The position numbers were made by a program, and so were the translations under genes. DNA of 64,000 nucleotides from Auanema rhodensis. Taxonomy: Eukaryota > Animalia > Nematoda. Under the pieces are notes generated by a model. That model saw only the letters and a program-made list of their open reading frames with translations, made no database searches and was not told where the DNA came from. The DNA lies in contig OZ059897.1 in assembly GCA_964057225.1 (NCBI GenBank), positions 22,754,001 through 22,818,000 of the forward strand, in the 5' to 3' direction. Every line of letters starts with the position of its first letter. Position 1 is the first letter of the stretch. Positions 58,961-64,000 of the stretch are shown here, piece by piece.

Positions 58961-61900
58961 CTTTCACGTGAAGCGAGTTACATACCAAGTGCACATCACG
59001 TGTACATTTAATTAGCATAAATTAAAGTTCACGTAAATTTCAAAGTCATGGTTACCATGCACCAATATCAATAAAAATTTGTTTTTAGACTAATATGGAC
59101 ATGGGGAATCTAATTTTGAAAACCGCATCTCTTTATCTTTCACGTGAAGCAAGTTACATACCAAGTGCACATCACGTGTACATTTAATTAGCATAAATTA
59201 AAGTTCACGTAAATTTCAAAGTCATGGTTACCATGAACTAATATCAATAAAAATTTGTTTTTAGACTAATATGGACATGGGGAATCTAATTTTGAAAACC
59301 GCATCTCTTTATCTTTCACGTGAAGCGAGTTACATACCAAGTGCACATCACGTGTACATTTAATTAGCATAAATTAAAGTTCACGTAAATTTCAAAGTCA
59401 TGGTTACCATGCACCAATATCAATAAAAATTTGTTTTTAAACTAATATGGACATGGGGAATCTAATTTTGAAAACCGCATCTCTTTATCTTTCACGTGAA
59501 GCGAGTTACATACCAAGTGCACATCACGTGTACATTTAATTAGCATAAATTAAAGTTCACGTAAATTTCAAAGTCATGGTTACCATGCACCAATATCAAC
59601 AAAAATTTGTTTTTAGACTAATATGGACAGGGGGAATCTAATTTTGAAAACCGCATCTCTTTATCTTTCACATGAAGCGAGTTACATACCAAGTGCACAT
59701 CACGTGTACATTTAATTAGCATAAATTAAAGTTCACGTAAATTTCAAAGTCATGGTTACCATGAACCAATATCAATAAAAATTTGTTTTTAGACTAATAT
59801 GGACATGGGGAATCTAATTTTGAAAACCGCATCTCTTTATCTTTCACGTGAAGCGAGTTACATACCAAGTGCACATCACGTATACATTTAATTAGCATAA
59901 ATTAAAGTTCACGTAAATTTCAAAGTCATGGTTACCATGAACCAATATCAATAAAAATTTGTTTTTAGACTAATATGGACATGGGGAATCTAATTTTGAA
60001 AACCGCATCTCTTTATCTTTCACGTGAAGCGAGTTACATACCAAGTGCACATCACGTGTACATTTAATTAGCATAAATTAAAGTTCACGTAAATTTCAAA
60101 GTCATGGTTACCATGCACCAATATCAATAAAAATTTGTTTTTAAACTAATATGGACATGGGGAATCTAATTTTGAAAACCGCATCTCTTTATCTTTCACG
60201 TGAAGCGAGTTACATACCAAGTGCACATCACGTGTACATTTAATTAGCATAAATTAAAGTTCACGTAAATTTCAAAGTCATGGTTACCATGCACCAATAT
60301 CAACAAAAATTTGTTTTTAGACTAATATGGACAGGGGGAATCTAATTTTGAAAACCGCATCTCTTTATCTTTCACATGAAGCGAGTTACATACCAAGTGC
60401 ACATCACGTGTACATTTAATTAGCATAAATTAAAGTTCACGTAAATTTCAAAGTCATGGTTACCATGAACCAATATCAATAAAAATTTGTTTTTAGACTA
60501 ATATGGACATGGGGAATCTAATTTTGAAAACCGCATCTCTTTATCTTTCACGTGAAGCGAGTTACATACCAAGTGCACATCACGTGTACATTTAATTAGC
60601 ATAAATTAAAGTTCACGTAAATTTCAAAGTCATGGTTACCATGCACCAATATCAATAAAAATTTGTTTTTAGACTAATATGGACATGGGGAATCTAATTT
60701 TGAAAACCGCATCTCTTTATCTTTCACGTGAAGCAAGTTACATACCAAGTGCACATCACGTGTACATTTAATTAGCATAAATTAAAGTTCACGTAAATTT
60801 CAAAGTCATGGTTACCATGAACTAATATCAATAAAAATTTGTTTTTAGACTAATATGGACATGGGGAATCTAATTTTGAAAACCGCATCTCTTTATCTTT
60901 CACGTGAAGCGAGTTACATACCAAGTGCACATCACGTGTACATTTAATTAGCATAAATTAAAGTTCACGTAAATTTCAAAGTCATGGTTACCATGCACCA
61001 ATATCAATAAAAATTTGTTTTTAAACTAATATGGACATGGGGAATCTAATTTTGAAAACCGCATCTCTTTATCTTTCACGTGAAGCGAGTTACATACCAA
61101 GTGCACATCACGTGTACATTTAATTAGCATAAATTAAAGTTCACGTAAATTTCAAAGTCATGGTTACCATGCACCAATATCAACAAAAATTTGTTTTTAG
61201 ACTAATATGGACAGGGGGAATCTAATTTTGAAAACCGCATCTCTTTATCTTTCACATGAAGCGAGTTACATACCAAGTGCACATCACGTGTACATTTAAT
61301 TAGCATAAATTAAAGTTCACGTAAATTTCAAAGTCATGGTTACCATGAACCAATATCAATAAAAATTTGTTTTTAGACTAATATGGACATGGGGAATCTA
61401 ATTTTGAAAACCGCATCTCTTTATCTTTCACGTGAAGCGAGTTACATACCAAGTGCACATCACGTATACATTTAATTAGCATAAATTAAAGTTCACGTAA
61501 ATTTCAAAGTCATGGTTACCATGAACCAATATCAATAAAAATTTGTTTTTAGACTAATATGGACATGGGGAATCTAATTTTGAAAACCGCATCTCTTTAT
61601 CTTTCACGTGAAGCGAGTTACATACCAAGTGCACATCACGTGTACATTTAATTAGCATAAATTAAAGTTCACGTAAATTTCAAAGTCATGGTTACCATGC
61701 ACCAATATCAATAAAAATTTGTTTTTAAACTAATATGGACATGGGGAATCTAATTTTGAAAACCGCATCTCTTTATCTTTCACGTGAAGCGAGTTACATA
61801 CCAAGTGCACATCACGTGTACATTTAATTAGCATAAATTAAAGTTCACGTAAATTTCAAAGTCATGGTTACCATGCACCAATATCAACAAAAATTTGTTT

Positions 61901-62304
61901 TTAGACTAATATGGACAGGGGGAATCTAATTTTGAAAACCGCATCTCTTTATCTTTCACATGAAGCGAGTTACATACCAAGTGCACATCACGTGTACATT
62001 TAATTAGCATAAATTAAAGTTCACGTAAATTTCAAAGTCATGGTTACCATGAACCAATATCAATAAAAATTTGTTTTTAGACTAATATGGACATGGGGAA
62101 TCTAATTTTGAAAACCGCATCTCTTTATCTTTCACGTGAAGCGAGTTACATACCAAGTGCACATCACGTATACATTTAATTAGCATAAATTAAAGTTCAC
62201 GTAAATTTCAAAGTCATGGTTACCATGAACCAATATCAATAAAAATTTGTTTTTAGACTAATATGGACATGGGGAATCTAATTTTGAAAACCGCATCTCT
62301 TTAT
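58961..62304 (+). repeat. 9-monomer HOR (1584 bp) x2 built from a 4-monomer (704 bp) unit
   Basis: G15A at 59151 and 60735; T112C(+T142G) at 59600, 60304, 61184 and 61888 (spacings 704, 880, 704). Confidence 0.87.
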
Positions 62305-64000
62305 CTTTCACGTGAAGCGAGTTACATACCAAGTGCACATCACGTGTACATTTAATTAGCATAAATTAAAGTTCACGTAAATTTCAAAGTCATGGTTACC
62401 ATGCACCAATATCAATAAAAATTTGTTTTTAGACTAATATGGACATGGGGAATCTAATTTTGAAAACCGCATCTCTTTATCTCCCACGTGAAGCGAGTTA
62501 CATACCAAGTGCACATCACGTGTACATTTAATTAGCATAAATTAAAGTTCACGTAAATTTCAAAGTCATGGTTACCATGCACCAATATCAATAAAAATTT
62601 GTTTTTAGACTAATATGGACATGGGGAATCTAATTTTGAAAACCGCATCTCTTTATCTTTCACGTGAAGCGAGTTACATACCAAGTGCACATCACGTATA
62701 CATTTAATTAGCATAAATTAAAGTTCACGTAAATTTCAAAGTCATGGTTACCATGAACCAATATCAATAAAAATTTGTTTTTAGACTAATATGGACATGG
62801 GGAATCTAATTTTGAAAACCGCATATCTTTATCTTTCACGTGAAGCGAGTTACATACCAAGTGCACATCACGTGTACATTTAATTAGCATAAATTAAAGT
62901 TCACGTAAATTTCAAAGTCATGGTTACCATGCACCAATATCAATAAAAATTTGTTTTTAGACTAATATGGACATGGGGAATCTAATTTTGAAAACCGCAT
63001 CTCTTTATCTCCCACGTGAAGCGAGTTACATACCAAGTGCACATCACGTGTACATTTAATTAGCATAAATTAAAGTTCACGTAAATTTCAAAGTCATGGT
63101 TACCATGCACCAATATCAATAAAAATTTGTTTTTAGACTAATATGGACATGGGGAATCTAATTTTGAAAACCGCATCTCTTTATCTTTCACGTGAAGTGA
63201 GTTACATACCAAGTGCACATCACGTGTACATTTAATTAGCATAAATTAAAGTTCACGTAAATTTCAAAGTCATGGTTACCATGCACCCATATCAATAAAA
63301 ATTTGTTTTTAGACTAATATGGACATGGGGAATCTAATTTTGAAAACCGCATCTCTTTATCTTTCACGTGAAGCGAGTTACATACCAAGTGCACATCACG
63401 TATACATTTAATTAGCATAAATTAAAGTTCACGTAAATTTCAAAGTCATGGTTACCATGAACCAATATCAATAAAAATTTGTTTTTAGACTAATATAGAC
63501 ATGGGGAATCTAATTTTGAAAACCGCATCTCTTTATCTTTCACGTGAAGCGAGTTACATACCAAGTGCACATCACGTGTACATTTAATTAGCATAAATTA
63601 AAGTTCACGTAAATTTCAAAGTCATGGTTACCATGCACCAATATCAATAAAAATTTGTTTTTAGACTAATATGGACATGGGGAATCTAATTTTGAAAACC
63701 GCATCTCTTTATCTTTCACATGAAGCGAGTTACATACCAAGTGCACATCACGTGTACATTTAATTAGCATAAATTAAAGTTCACGTAAATTTCAAAGTCA
63801 TGGTTACCATGAACCAATATCAATAAAAATTTGTTTTTAGACTAATATGGACATGGGGAATCTAATTTTGAAAACCGCATCTTTTTATCTTTCACGTGAA
63901 GCGAGTTACATACCAAGTGCACATCACTTGTACATTTAATTAGCATAAATTAAAGTTCACGTAAATTTCAAAGTCATGGTTACCATGCACCAATATCAAT

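Larger units (their letters stand above)
1..64000 (+). repeat. 176-bp tandem satellite DNA array (~363.6 head-to-tail monomers), probably centromeric/pericentromeric or heterochromatic; runs off both window edges
   Basis: CTTTCACGTG recurs at 1, 177, 353 ... 2641 (=1+15x176), 44881 (=1+255x176) and 63361 (=1+360x176). No unique sequence, strand switch or insertion longer than 1 bp seen. The centromeric assignment is inferred from monomer length and homogeneity only. Confidence 0.99.

Noticed and set aside
1-64000. CRISPR array or repeat-spacer system
   Set aside because: There are no unique spacers: the full 176 bp is repeated, and no cas or other genes are present.
1-64000. Monomer variant order as an information-bearing code
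   Set aside because: The patterns are explained by nested duplication and conversion; nothing indicates programmed or functional ordering.

Overview
The whole 64 kb window is one uninterrupted head-to-tail satellite DNA array of a 176-bp, ~32% GC monomer (~363.6 copies, all on the same strand, typically 0-3 differences from consensus). Its length (about one nucleosome plus linker), AT-richness and homogeneity are typical of a eukaryotic centromeric, pericentromeric or heterochromatic satellite. I cannot identify the host or family, and centromere function cannot be shown from sequence. I find no genes, RNA genes, transposons, CRISPR spacers or inversions; the single ORF is an artefact of one stop-removing SNP. 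I found no new gene-encoded system. The structure worth noting is at two scales. (i) The monomer is rich in dyad symmetries, has three TCACGT cores spaced 32-33 bp apart, and looks built from degenerate ~30-37 bp subunits. (ii) Shared SNPs reveal a nested, non-fixed higher-order repeat (HOR) history: 2-, 3-, 4-, 5-, 8-, 9-, 10-, 12- and two separate 24-monomer duplications, SNP-defined domains, rare haplotypes shared over 30-45 kb, and six +1 and six -1 indels that cancel exactly. Variant labels such as G128A use monomer coordinates (position 1 = window base 1). All variant tallies were made by eye and need computational confirmation.
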